From Candidatus Caldarchaeum sp. (GTDB lineage: Archaea > Thermoproteota > Nitrososphaeria_A > Caldarchaeales > Caldarchaeaceae): a DNA stretch of 64,000 nucleotides. Below, piece after piece: positions 20,010-29,909 of the stretch (positions are counted from its first letter, which is position 1; every line of letters starts with the position of its first letter). The position numbers were made by a program, and so were the translations under genes. Under the pieces are notes generated by a model that was given only the letters and a program-made list of their open reading frames with translations, had not been told where the DNA came from and made no database searches. Where the stretch lies: the NCBI GenBank assembly GCA_038885755.1, contig JAVZZH010000003.1, forward strand, positions 96,001 through 160,000, given 5' to 3'.

Positions 20010-20711
20010 ATGTCCCTGCTGAAACTCTTGAATGTGAGCAAGTCATTCGGTGGACTAAAGGCGGTTAACAAGGTTTCGATGGATGTTCCTCCCAACGTAA
20101 TTTTGGGTTTGATCGGGCCCAACGGCTCAGGCAAGACCACATTAGTCAATCTCATCACAGGGTTCTACAGGCCTGATTCGGGCGACATTTTCTTCAAGGG
20201 TGAGAAGATAACAGGACTCAAGCCCTACCATATCGCCAACAGAGGCATAGTCAGGACCTTCCAGCTGACAAGAGTGTTCAAACAACTGACAGTTATGCAG
20301 AATCTGCTGACAGCCTTAAACTCCCACAGGGATTACAACCAGCAGAAGATGTCAGAAATTCTAGCTATGATGGGGCTTCAGCGGAAGGAGCATGTGTTGG
20401 CGGCGAATCTGTCTTATGGTGAGCAGAAACTTCTCGAGATAGGTAGAGCTCTCATGAAGGACCCTGATCTACTTATTTTGGATGAACCTGTCAGCGGGAT
20501 CAGCCCAACCATAATCGAAAGGCTAACCCAGCTGGTAAGGGATTTGAAGGGGTTGGGCAAGACAATCCTAGTCATAGAACACAACCTGAATGTAATTAGC
20601 ACAATATGCGATAGAGTCGTCGTCCTTAATTATGGAGAGAAGATCGCTGAAGGTACCTTCAATGAGATCTCGCAAGACCAACGGGTTATAATGGCATACA
20701 TAGGCGAGTGA
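20010..20711 (+). CDS. Liv-type ABC ATPase (LivG-like)
   Basis: GPNGSGKTT, RTFQ, LSYGEQK, LDEP, IEH, AYIG. Confidence 0.93.
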   Translation: MSLLKLLNVSKSFGGLKAVNKVSMDVPPNVILGLIGPNGSGKTTLVNLITGFYRPDSGDIFFKGEKITGLKPYHIANRGIVRTFQLTRVFKQLTVMQNLLTALNSHRDYNQQKMSEILAMMGLQRKEHVLAANLSYGEQKLLEIGRALMKDPDLLILDEPVSGISPTIIERLTQLVRDLKGLGKTILVIEHNLNVISTICDRVVVLNYGEKIAEGTFNEISQDQRVIMAYIGE

Positions 20712-21460
20712 GTTTCATGAGTTTGGAGATACGGGATCTAACGGCTGGATACGGGCATACTGAGGTCCTGCACGGTGTAGACATCACAGTTGTTGCCGGT
20801 GAGACAACAGCCATGATAGGGCCCAACGGGGCTGGTAAGACAACTCTCCTGAAGACTATAATGGGTCTTGTCAAAGCCCGTAGTGGAACTATCCTCTATA
20901 AGGTTGACGGCAGGATTGAAGACCTTAACCGCTCTGGCCCTCACACCCGTGTGAGGTCTGGGATATGTATGGTCCCCGAGAGCGGGAGAGTCTTCCAAAA
21001 GATGACCGTCCTGGAAAATCTTAGATTCGCTGCTTATACAATCAAGGATAAGGGGATCATTGCTGAGCGCATGAACAGGGTTTTTCAACTCTTCCCCATA
21101 TTAAACAAGAGACGAAATCAGTTGGCCGGTACTCTAAGCGGTGGGGAGCAGGCGATGCTGGCTATCGGGAAGGCCTTGATGCTCAGCCCAAGACTAATCC
21201 TCTTGGACGAGCCCTCGATAGGGTTGGCGCCCAAGGTGGTGAGCGACGTCTACTCTAAGCTGAGGGAGATTAACGCATTAGGTGTAACCCTCTTCATAGT
21301 GGAGCAGAACGTTGATAAAGCTTTGAGCGTTGCGACGCATCTCTATGTGCTCAGCCAAGGCAAGATAGTTTACTCGGGAAGTCCTAGGGATGTTAAGAAG
21401 GAGGAGCTATTCGCCAGATACTATGCCGGCTATGGTGAGGTGACGCAAAAAAATAGATAG
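20708..21460 (+). CDS. Liv-type ABC ATPase (LivF-like)
   Basis: GPNGAGKTT, LSGGEQAML, LDEPSIGLAP, VEQN. Confidence 0.93.
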   Translation: MSFMSLEIRDLTAGYGHTEVLHGVDITVVAGETTAMIGPNGAGKTTLLKTIMGLVKARSGTILYKVDGRIEDLNRSGPHTRVRSGICMVPESGRVFQKMTVLENLRFAAYTIKDKGIIAERMNRVFQLFPILNKRRNQLAGTLSGGEQAMLAIGKALMLSPRLILLDEPSIGLAPKVVSDVYSKLREINALGVTLFIVEQNVDKALSVATHLYVLSQGKIVYSGSPRDVKKEELFARYYAGYGEVTQKNR

Positions 21461-21496
21461 GATGCTGGATGGTGGAGAGTTTGGTGAGCAGTTGTA

Positions 21497-23725
21497 ATGA
21501 TAGGGGACTCTATACCGCCTGAGGAGAACCTCCGTCTAGTCACGGGGAGAGGGGTATACGCTGGAGACATGAATATTCGTGGAGCCCTATATCTAGGTGT
21601 TGTCAGAAGCCCCTATCCACGTGCAATGGTCAGGCGGGTTGATGCCTCCGACGCCTCAAAGGTGTCGAGACTGGTAATCTTGCGGTCTGACCTCGAAACC
21701 ATCTTCAAGACCGTGCTTATGCCTGCGATGGGGTTCCCCGATGTAAAGATGGCTAGGATGCCGATCTTAGCGTCTGACAAGGTGAACTTTGTGGGTCAGC
21801 CTGTGGCGGCCGTCATCTGTGATGACCTTTACACCCTCCAGGACGCAGTAGAGCTTGTGTCAGTTGACTATGACCCACTGGAGCCTGTCGTTGACCCTAA
21901 GAGGGCTCTTGATGGCGGGTCTCCCATTATACATCCTGAGATCGGCTCCAACATATGTGTGTATAGGGAGCTGGGGGGAGACGTTACTGAAGCCTTCCGC
22001 AGAGCTGACGTCGTGTTGGAGGATGAATATGAGATTCATAGAGTAGCTCCCGCACCGATGGAGCCTAGGGCTGCTGTGGCCGTCTATGAAAATGGCAGAC
22101 TCACCCTATATGTAGCGTCGCAGGGAGTCTTCATATTCAAGCAACTTCTGCTGGAAAACCTAGCACTCCAAGAAGATCATGTACGAATAGTTCAGGCTGA
22201 TGTTGGCGGGGCGTTCGGAAGCAAGACACCACCCTATCCAGAGCATCTACTAGCCGTATATGCTTCCATGAAGCTCGGTAGGCCGGTAAAATGGGTTGAG
22301 ACGCGTAGGGAGCATCTGACGGCTTCAAGCCATTCAAGGGATATTCGGGGAAGAATTTCACTGGCGGCCGGCAGGGAGGGGCGCATACTGGGGATAAGGG
22401 CGTCCATAACCGCGGACATCGGCGCATACGCCTTCTTCGTAAACCCCCTGTTCGGAGTCTTTACTGGACAGCAGATAACCGGACCTTATGACGTTAGGGC
22501 AGCCCATGTGGATGTGACCGCTGTCTACACAAACAAGACACCTACAGGGCCATACAGAGGGTTCAGCAGGCCCGAGGCAGCGTTCTTCTATGAGAGGGCG
22601 GTAGACATGCTGGCAGACGAGCTCGGCCTTGATCCGGCTGAAGTCAGGTTAAACAACCTAGTGAAGCTGGAGAGTATGCCATACAAGACACCTCTTGGGC
22701 TTGAGCTTGACCCAGAGGACTACCTTAACATCATGTCGCGAGCGTTAACGCTCTTCAACTATGATCGACTAAAGACGGAGCTGGAGGCTGAGAGAAGAAG
22801 TGGAAGGATGGTGGGAATGGGGCTGGCCAACTATTTCGAGCTAAACAGAGCCAGTTTTGGACGTGGTGAGTCAGGTCTAGCTAGGCTTGAGCGGGACGGT
22901 ACAGTCTCCATAGCGACAGGAGCAGGCCCACACGGCCAAGGACTCGCAACAATACTTCGGCAGATGGCGGCTTGGGAGATGGGCGTAAGCGTTGAGAGGA
23001 CAAGATTTCTAGGCCCAGACTCTGACCTTATGAAGACAGGGGTGGGCACCTTCGGAAGCCGCAGCACGGTAATCAGTGGCGAGGCAGTCATATCAGCTGC
23101 CAAAGCCTTGAAGCGACTCATACTGGAGCGTGCCTCGTCGCTCCTTGGCGTTCCCCTATCCCAGCTCTCATATTCGAATGGATACATAACAACTGCGGGC
23201 AACCCATCCACCACAGTTGACTTGAAATACATAGCTGAGAAGGCAGGACCGCTGGAGGCGCAGGTTTTCGTTGAGGGGAAGGATATATTCTCCTACGGTG
23301 TCCACATGGCTATTGTCGAGGTGGACGGAGAAAGCGGGGCAGTGAGGCTGCTCAGATACGCATGCGTGGATGATGCGGGCCGTGTAGTTAACCCACTATT
23401 AGCTGAGGCCCAGGTTGTAGGTGGTGTAGCTCAGGCCGTGGGGCAAGTATTCTATGAAGAGATATTCTATGACTCAGATGGCCAGCCCCAGAACCTAACA
23501 ATATCAGATGCTGGGTTGCCAACAGCCCTCGAGATGGGCCCAGTAGAATCCATGCTCCTTGAATATCCGTCGCAGTACTCACACGGAGCTAGGGGCATCG
23601 GTGAGGCGGGAACAATTGCCGGTCTACCCACCCTGGTTAGGGCTGTCGAGAACGCGTTGGGCAGGCGGGTCAGGAGCACAAATCTCAAGACTGAAAGGAT
23701 ATGGCGTATGGCAAATTTGGGATGA
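21497..23725 (+). CDS. Xanthine dehydrogenase-family molybdopterin-binding large subunit
   Basis: GGAFGSK, GRPVKWVETRRE, PYRGFSRPEA, HGQG, TFGSRS, QVVGGVAQ, ARGIGEAG. Confidence 0.92.
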   Translation: MIGDSIPPEENLRLVTGRGVYAGDMNIRGALYLGVVRSPYPRAMVRRVDASDASKVSRLVILRSDLETIFKTVLMPAMGFPDVKMARMPILASDKVNFVGQPVAAVICDDLYTLQDAVELVSVDYDPLEPVVDPKRALDGGSPIIHPEIGSNICVYRELGGDVTEAFRRADVVLEDEYEIHRVAPAPMEPRAAVAVYENGRLTLYVASQGVFIFKQLLLENLALQEDHVRIVQADVGGAFGSKTPPYPEHLLAVYASMKLGRPVKWVETRREHLTASSHSRDIRGRISLAAGREGRILGIRASITADIGAYAFFVNPLFGVFTGQQITGPYDVRAAHVDVTAVYTNKTPTGPYRGFSRPEAAFFYERAVDMLADELGLDPAEVRLNNLVKLESMPYKTPLGLELDPEDYLNIMSRALTLFNYDRLKTELEAERRSGRMVGMGLANYFELNRASFGRGESGLARLERDGTVSIATGAGPHGQGLATILRQMAAWEMGVSVERTRFLGPDSDLMKTGVGTFGSRSTVISGEAVISAAKALKRLILERASSLLGVPLSQLSYSNGYITTAGNPSTTVDLKYIAEKAGPLEAQVFVEGKDIFSYGVHMAIVEVDGESGAVRLLRYACVDDAGRVVNPLLAEAQVVGGVAQAVGQVFYEEIFYDSDGQPQNLTISDAGLPTALEMGPVESMLLEYPSQYSHGARGIGEAGTIAGLPTLVRAVENALGRRVRSTNLKTERIWRMANLG

Positions 23726-23758
23726 TGGATGTGTATGTCCAGAGGATAAACACTTGGA

Positions 23759-24221
23759 ATGACGGTGACCCGAATCCGCCACGCAGGACTCACACTGAAA
23801 GACATCAAGAAACACATCGAATTCTTCCAGCAAGTCTTGGGCGCTGAGCTGATACATGTGGGGGAGAGCCGAGACCGGAGGAGGGCATACCTAAGTAGAG
23901 TTTTGAGACGAATACAAATGTGAGGGGGCACACCTGAGATACGCCTTGGCGATACACTATTCGAGCTAATATGCTACATCGACCCGCGGGGAAGGAACAA
24001 AACGTTAACAGTCACAATGATGTAGGAGCTCCACGTTATGCCTTCGAAGTCGATGACATGGACAAGGCTGTGAGAGAGCTTGAGGAGAGAGATGTAAAAC
24101 TACACACAAAACCTTTCAACGTTGTCCGGAGAGAGATAGATGGGGTGTGAAGGGTTTCAAATTCGCCGTCTTCACAGGTCCGGATGGGGAGCTATATGAG
24201 GTCTTCCAAGAACTGAAGTAG
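23759..24221 (+). pseudogene. Frameshifted VOC/glyoxalase family protein
   Basis: IRHAGLTLKD..FFQQVLG, LFELI, AFEVDDMDKA and FTGPDGELYEV lie in changing frames. Confidence 0.82.
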
Positions 24222-24224
24222 CTA

Positions 24225-24880
24225 TAAGCTGGGCTTGAACGGGGACCAGCCGGGAATCTCTCCCAGTAACATCTATGTATAGACTCTCGCTGGTCATGGG
24301 CTTGCCAGCAACTCTGTCATGGAGGAAGTCTGACAAGATGTGGAGCCAGTATACGTTGGGGAGCGCATGTATCTCTCCCTCTACGTCATCGTCTTCTTAA
24401 GCCCCGCAAGCTCTTCATAGAAGGCATACGCATCAGCTATTGGAGCTAGCTCATCATCCTCCCCCGCAATTATTAGGAAAGGTTTTGTGATCTTCTTCCC
24501 AAACCCCTTCAACGTCAACTTAGCGGCGAATGCGTCGAACGTCTCCTCATCGTATATGTCGGTCATGAACATGTACCGCATCTTGAACGATGGCGAAGCC
24601 GAGTTGAGCAGAGTCTTATGGCCGGGCTCAAAGCATGGCATGGCAACCGCCGTTGCCTTGACATACTCGTTGTTATACGAAGCTACTTGGGCAGCCCAGA
24701 ATGAGCCCATGCTCACACCATAGACACAGATGTTATCCGGGTCGACATCCTTCCTACTTTATGCATGTTCGGCCAGCCCTTCCGAAGTTTTCTTCAGTCA
24801 TTGGAATCTTGCGTCTCGGGTTAAGGGATTCTCCTATGCCAGGCCCATCTATTGAGGGGGCGCCCATCCCATCTGCTGGG
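24225..24880 (-). pseudogene. 5'-truncated, frameshifted alpha/beta hydrolase (2,6-dihydroxypseudooxynicotine hydrolase-like)
   Basis: DGPGIGE, DVDPDNICVYGVSMGSFW (GxSxG), AGEDDEL; N-terminal half absent. Confidence 0.7.
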
Positions 24881-24999
24881 GAGCCCATTGGCGGTGAGGG
24901 CGGCCGCAACTTATTTAAGCATTCTTTTTGCCCGGGCCGTTTTACACGTATACCTGTTTGTTCAAAAAATTTAAATGCCCTTATTCACATCGCTACAAC

Positions 25000-26289
25000 A
25001 TGTCCACCTACAACTTGGGGGAGCTGGGGTTTCCAGAGGATACACCGCTGGGAAGACTAGATTATGACAGAATGCTACGGGAGAAGATGGCTAGGGCTAG
25101 GGAGAAGATGCGTCAGTATGGTTTGGGCTCTATCGTATGCATGACCGATATCAATGTGGGATACTGCACAAATATTCCGCCCATATTTCCCGCAGCAGGA
25201 GCAATAGGGGGAAACAGGTATGCACTCTTCCCGATAGAGGGCGAGCCTGTGGCCTTCGAGGAGTGTAACACGGCTTTCGTGCTTAGACAGTGTCTCCCCA
25301 ACATACGTGTGGAGTATGCGATACCTGGGTCAGGCGGACCGCACCTCGCCAGCGCCAAAGAAGCACAGGAATATCTCACTAGAGAGTGGGCTGAACAGAT
25401 AGCATCCATCCTACGTGAGTATAAGCTTGATAAGGAGAGGGTAGGCGTAGACGTTAACTCGCCCCCGCTGATAGAAGCCCTCAAGAAGGCGGGTCTAGAC
25501 GCGACACCTGAGGGTGGAAAAGCGCTACTCGAGGCACGTATGATAAAGACACCCGTGGAACTGCAGTGCATACGGGCCCTGGCAACAATCATAGACGGTG
25601 TTTTCGCCACACTGGCCAAGAACCTGAGAGCGGGCGTAACGGAGAAGGAGATCTACGCCAAATGTATTTCATATGCGATAGAGCAGGGCATAACACCCTA
25701 CGGAGGCTTCATAGTCTCGGGTCAGCACACATGGCCTAAGGACAACTCTAGGCCGTTCAGCGGCAGGCGAATTAGGCCGGGAGAGGTTGTGTACGCCGAC
25801 TTCTTCAACTTCAGCTTCAACGGTTACAAGTCGTGCTACTACAGGACATTCGTGGTGGGCAGAGCTTCCAAGGAACTCAGGGAGACAAATGAGAGGGTAT
25901 ACAACTGGTTAAAAGAGGCTGAGAAGAAGGTCAAGCCGGGAAACACCACGAAGGATGTCGTGGAGAGCTGGCCGGACGAGGGCTACCTCTGGTCTGAGAA
26001 ACCTCCGTTCATAAGAACTGAGAGGGATAAGCTGGCCACCTTCTGGATGAACATGGGCCATGGAATAGGTCTAGGACTATATGAACCACCCTTCTTCTGG
26101 CGGCCGGTTGCTCTGAAATGGCCTCAGAAACTTGAGGCAAATATGGCCATCGCCCTTGAAACCCTCGACTGCACCCCGGACGCCAAGTCCGGTGTCAGGA
26201 TAGAGGACATGATAATAGTGACCGAGAGCGGGCATGAAGTAATCAGCAAGTGGCCGGCCGAGGAGGTCACGGAAGCACCCCTCTTCTAG
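25000..26289 (+). CDS. M24 (pita-bread fold) Xaa-Pro peptidase/creatinase-like hydrolase
   Basis: ARMIKT..E, YADF, GYKSCYYRTF, GHGIGL, ALET, GVRIED. ATG 25000 follows a TATA near 24970. Confidence 0.88.
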   Translation: MSTYNLGELGFPEDTPLGRLDYDRMLREKMARAREKMRQYGLGSIVCMTDINVGYCTNIPPIFPAAGAIGGNRYALFPIEGEPVAFEECNTAFVLRQCLPNIRVEYAIPGSGGPHLASAKEAQEYLTREWAEQIASILREYKLDKERVGVDVNSPPLIEALKKAGLDATPEGGKALLEARMIKTPVELQCIRALATIIDGVFATLAKNLRAGVTEKEIYAKCISYAIEQGITPYGGFIVSGQHTWPKDNSRPFSGRRIRPGEVVYADFFNFSFNGYKSCYYRTFVVGRASKELRETNERVYNWLKEAEKKVKPGNTTKDVVESWPDEGYLWSEKPPFIRTERDKLATFWMNMGHGIGLGLYEPPFFWRPVALKWPQKLEANMAIALETLDCTPDAKSGVRIEDMIIVTESGHEVISKWPAEEVTEAPLF

Positions 26290-26290
26290 G

Positions 26291-26704
26291 CTAGATTACT
26301 GCAATCGCTTCAAGCTCCACCCGAGCTTCCCTGACCACTAGCGACCTAACCTCGACAGTGGTGGTTGTTGGAAGGTTATCGCCAAATATCTCCCACATAA
26401 CCTCGTTCACCTGATCCTGCTCCTCAATCTTTGTAAGGTAGCGTCTCATGGAGACGATGTTCTCAAACCCTCCACCGGCGGCGTTTAGCACCAGCTTTAT
26501 GTTGCTGAAAGCCCGTCTGGTCTGCTCCTTGATATCCTCAGGTATCTTCAGCTCCTCAGGGTCGTGTGGATGCTTGTGATATAGAGGTAGGGCTGTCATG
26601 CCTGCGATGAAAAGCAGCCTACCACCGGTCACCAAGATGCCTGGCACATATGGCATGCGATGCTGAGGTGGCTGTGGATGTATGGCCACCCTGTTCATGC
26701 CCAT
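26291..26704 (-). CDS. Rid (YjgF/YER057c/UK114) family protein
   Basis: LFIAG, EQTRRAFSN, VEVRSL, VELEAIA. Confidence 0.88.
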   Translation of the reverse strand: MGMNRVAIHPQPPQHRMPYVPGILVTGGRLLFIAGMTALPLYHKHPHDPEELKIPEDIKEQTRRAFSNIKLVLNAAGGGFENIVSMRRYLTKIEEQDQVNEVMWEIFGDNLPTTTTVEVRSLVVREARVELEAIAVI

Positions 26705-26789
26705 TCCTTATCTCGAGAAGGATTTAAACGTCCTCCACCTCGTATAGAGGTGTAAGCCTTATAGGGATGGTGGTCGGCAGGTAGCATTT

Positions 26790-27407
26790 GTGAGCAGCAT
26801 AACATCGGACCCACTCTACCACAGGCTCGGGCGGGTTGTGGAAGAAACTAGACGTCTACTGGGAGAAGCTGCGGGTACGCCTGTGAGGATATCCGTCAAA
26901 TCCAACCTAAAGATGATAGGTGTCCAGACCGGTGAGGCTGTGGTGGGTGGTAAGGTGGGCCCGTCTGAGGTCTCATTCACGTTGAGGTCTGATGAGAGGG
27001 AGTTTAGACAAACACCTTCGGAGGTTCTAGGTCCGTATCCTCTTGAATACTTCCTCAGCTCGCTTGGCTTCTGCGAGCTAACACAGTACGGCAGATATGC
27101 GGCTTACCTCGGACTTAAGCTGGATAACGTTTACATTACCGTCAGCGGTGTGTTTGACAAGAGAGGACTATATGGAATAGGCGATATCGACTCCGCATTT
27201 AGCGAGATATCGGTCACCACCAACATGGTGGGCGGCTTAACAGCTGAAGAGGCAGCTGAGCTGGTTAAATGGGTTAGACGATGCTGCGTGGTCTACAACA
27301 CGTTGAAGAAGGCTGTGAAGATTGTGGAGACTATCAGCCTAAACGGAAAAACGTTGGACATCTATGTAAGCTGGCCCGGTCAAGACTCTATTGCACACAA
27401 TCCATAG
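26790..27407 (+). CDS. OsmC/Ohr family protein
   Basis: SDE...GPYPLEYFLSSLGFC and CCVVYNTL (two conserved Cys regions). Confidence 0.8.
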   Translation: MSSITSDPLYHRLGRVVEETRRLLGEAAGTPVRISVKSNLKMIGVQTGEAVVGGKVGPSEVSFTLRSDEREFRQTPSEVLGPYPLEYFLSSLGFCELTQYGRYAAYLGLKLDNVYITVSGVFDKRGLYGIGDIDSAFSEISVTTNMVGGLTAEEAAELVKWVRRCCVVYNTLKKAVKIVETISLNGKTLDIYVSWPGQDSIAHNP

Positions 27408-27410
27408 AAG

Positions 27411-27764
27411 CTACTCCACATCGGGGTTAAGCACTTTACTCTGAAGGTCCTCCCTCCGGGGAACGAGAACCTCGAATAGCATTAGGCCTTTCTCTCCTGA
27501 GAAAAGCCAATGCTCCTCATTAGAACCTATGTAATACATGTCGCCCTCCGCAAGGGGAAACTCGCCGTTCTCAGCCACATACCTACCGCTACCCCTCACT
27601 ATCACACCGTAAGTCACATGTGGGTGTTTATGTTTGGGGAAGTTGGAGTTGGGGGCCAGCTCAACCAGAACAGCAGTGGCTTTGTCGTCTGCCGACGCAT
27701 ACCTACCCCTGAGAGCCTCTGTGACCTGCTTCCAAGCCTCGGGCTTGGGTCTCCAGATCTTCAT
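27411..27764 (-). CDS. Cupin domain protein
   Basis: PKHKHPH...G.G...GDMYYI.SNEEH. Confidence 0.85.
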   Translation of the reverse strand: MKIWRPKPEAWKQVTEALRGRYASADDKATAVLVELAPNSNFPKHKHPHVTYGVIVRGSGRYVAENGEFPLAEGDMYYIGSNEEHWLFSGEKGLMLFEVLVPRREDLQSKVLNPDVE

Positions 27765-27852
27765 ATGCTTCCCAGAGGTCTGTGAGGCTTATAAACGTTG
27801 TCATCAACACTCACTGGATAATTTATTAGTTAACACATCAGGTCTGACTTAC

Positions 27853-28755
27853 ATGGCTGTGCAACAGCAGACGATAGGGTTCATCGGTCTAGGTAATATG
27901 GGGTATCCTATAGCGCTTAACCTTATCAAAGCAGGCTACAGACTCGTTGTATATGACGTTTTGTGGGAGAGGATGGAGAGACTGATTAAGGAGGGCGCCT
28001 CAGGGGCTGGCTCGCCCAAAGATTTGGCTGAATCAGTCAGCCTAGTCATGACATCCCTTCCAACACCCGAGTCCCTCGAACAGGTTGTGGCCGGAAGGGG
28101 CGGTATATTGGAAGGTGCCCGTGAGGGGTCGGTGATTGTGATGCTAGACACGATATCACCCGCTACAGCTAGGCGGCTGGCCTGTGAGGCTGGCAGGAAG
28201 GGTGTCAAGGTGTTGGATGCGCCTGTTAGCGGCGGCCCATACTTGGCGAGGGAGGGCGCCCTTACAATAATGGTGGGGGGTGAGAAGGATGTATTCGAGA
28301 GATGCAGGCCCATACTTGAGGAGATAGGCAAGCATATCTTCTACGTTGGTGAAAACGGGTCAGGTGCTGTGGTGAAGCTCGTCAACAACCTCCTCTCCCT
28401 TGGAAACGTGGTGCTGATGTGCGAGGCGATAGTCCTAGGGGTTTTGGCAGGCGTTGACGGGAAAATACTCTACGAAGTTGTGTCCAAGAGTACTGGGAGA
28501 AGTTTCGCACTAGAGTACAAGCTACCCAACATAATTGCTAAAAGACGTTTCGACGGTGGTTTCGCCATAGACCTTGCCTGTAAGGATTTGGGGATTATTT
28601 CAGACTTGGCAAAGGAGCTGGGATATCCCCTTTTCATGGGCTCAGTTGTTGACCAACTATACAGGCTTGCCAGAATGATGGGGCTGGGGCGGGAGGACCA
28701 CACAGCGGTTGTAAAGATTTTCGAGCGGTGGGCTAATTTGACGCTTGATTTCTGA
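27853..28755 (+). CDS. Second beta-hydroxyacid dehydrogenase (3-hydroxyisobutyrate DH family)
   Basis: GFIGLGNMG, DAPVSGG, VKLVNN, KDL. ATG 27853 chosen over the non-homologous upstream extension. Confidence 0.92.
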   Translation: MAVQQQTIGFIGLGNMGYPIALNLIKAGYRLVVYDVLWERMERLIKEGASGAGSPKDLAESVSLVMTSLPTPESLEQVVAGRGGILEGAREGSVIVMLDTISPATARRLACEAGRKGVKVLDAPVSGGPYLAREGALTIMVGGEKDVFERCRPILEEIGKHIFYVGENGSGAVVKLVNNLLSLGNVVLMCEAIVLGVLAGVDGKILYEVVSKSTGRSFALEYKLPNIIAKRRFDGGFAIDLACKDLGIISDLAKELGYPLFMGSVVDQLYRLARMMGLGREDHTAVVKIFERWANLTLDF

Positions 28756-28792
28756 CAACACTCTATATATATCGGACAACCCATCAGCAGAC

Positions 28793-29185
28793 ATGTCCAC
28801 AAGGGATGAGGTTGTAGAGTATTTCAGGAGAGAGCTCGGGTGGGTTCCAGAGTTCGTGGAGCTTCTGGCCGAGTATACGCCGACGGCCCTTAAGGGGATG
28901 CTGGAGTTCAGACGTGGCTTTATGGCCGAGCCTCCCGCCGGCGCCCTCCCCAAGAAAGTGAAGGAGCTAATCTTCATCGTATTGGACACAGTCTCCAACA
29001 ATGTTGAAGGTGGTAAGGCTCATGCCAGAGCAGCGGTAAAGGCGGGCGCCACCGTGGCTGAGATTGCTGAAGCCTTGGTTATTACCATGTATCTCAGGGG
29101 TGTTCCAACGATGGAGGTGGCTGGAAAAGAGATTCTAAAGGCCGCCATAGAGACGGCGGGGGCAGGTAGGTTAAAGTCAGGCTAG
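28793..29185 (+). CDS. Carboxymuconolactone decarboxylase/AhpD-like family protein
   Basis: GALPKKVKELI, HARAAVKAGAT..EIAEA; no CxxC. Confidence 0.85.
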   Translation: MSTRDEVVEYFRRELGWVPEFVELLAEYTPTALKGMLEFRRGFMAEPPAGALPKKVKELIFIVLDTVSNNVEGGKAHARAAVKAGATVAEIAEALVITMYLRGVPTMEVAGKEILKAAIETAGAGRLKSG

Positions 29186-29199
29186 GGTCATCATAAGAA

Positions 29200-29875
29200 G
29201 AGCGAGCCTTAGAAGCACCATGTTAATCCTGAGACCCGTCTTTTCTGGAGTTTTGGCTGAATTCCATGCTCCGAGCCCCCAGATCCAAATTATCCTGCAT
29301 CATCCGAAGCAGCTTCTTTCCCCTTAGGTTTGAAGTATATGTTGGCGTTGAGAAGTGCAGCCAGCGATGCCAGCCCACCCACTAGGATCATCGCCCCGTG
29401 CCTCGTGCTTATGACTGTTAGTTGAAGTAGCCCCATGTAGAGGACTAGGCCGACGCCGCTCAGCCTGATAGACCATAGCATGTATTCCATGGACTTTTGT
29501 CTCGAATTCCCTAGCGTCGCGGCTTCACCAGATATGTTATTCCGCTACCCTAAACCTCTGGTGGAGCTATTGGGAGGATGAGGTATGGTCTGTTGGTAGA
29601 AGGGGCAGCATCCAGCTCACGGTATGGGCAGCGTCTGACTCTGCGGCTTCCAACCCGACCCTCAACATATCGGGTTTCCCCCTAGGGGCCTTCTAAAGAG
29701 GTCAGGAATAGATGATATTCGCCGGCGTCCAATCTCCGTCATGTCCACCACACCCCCATCATCAACAATCCCTACACGAACACCAACACCGGTCACACGG
29801 AAGCGGACCGGCAGCAGCATCACACCAGCCAATGTTCAACGACCGTAAAGGATTTTTGAAGCTGACGCTTCCACT
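29200..29875 (-). pseudogene. Relic of a membrane-associated gene, divergent from the DtxR relic
   Basis: Short hydrophobic fragments (e.g. 29290..29490) interrupted by stops; family not recognised. Confidence 0.3.
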
Positions 29876-29909
29876 GACTCGAGAATCGGTTGGATAAGCA
29901 AACTTAAAT

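Noticed and set aside
21497-23725. Aerobic CO dehydrogenase (coxL form I)
   Set aside because: Lacks AYxCSFR, and no coxM/coxS is adjacent
29712-29897. His-rich 61-aa ORF as a metal-binding peptide near the DtxR operator
   Set aside because: His/Gln richness follows from reading a GT-rich minus-strand relic in antisense, and the ORF points toward the operator rather than away from it
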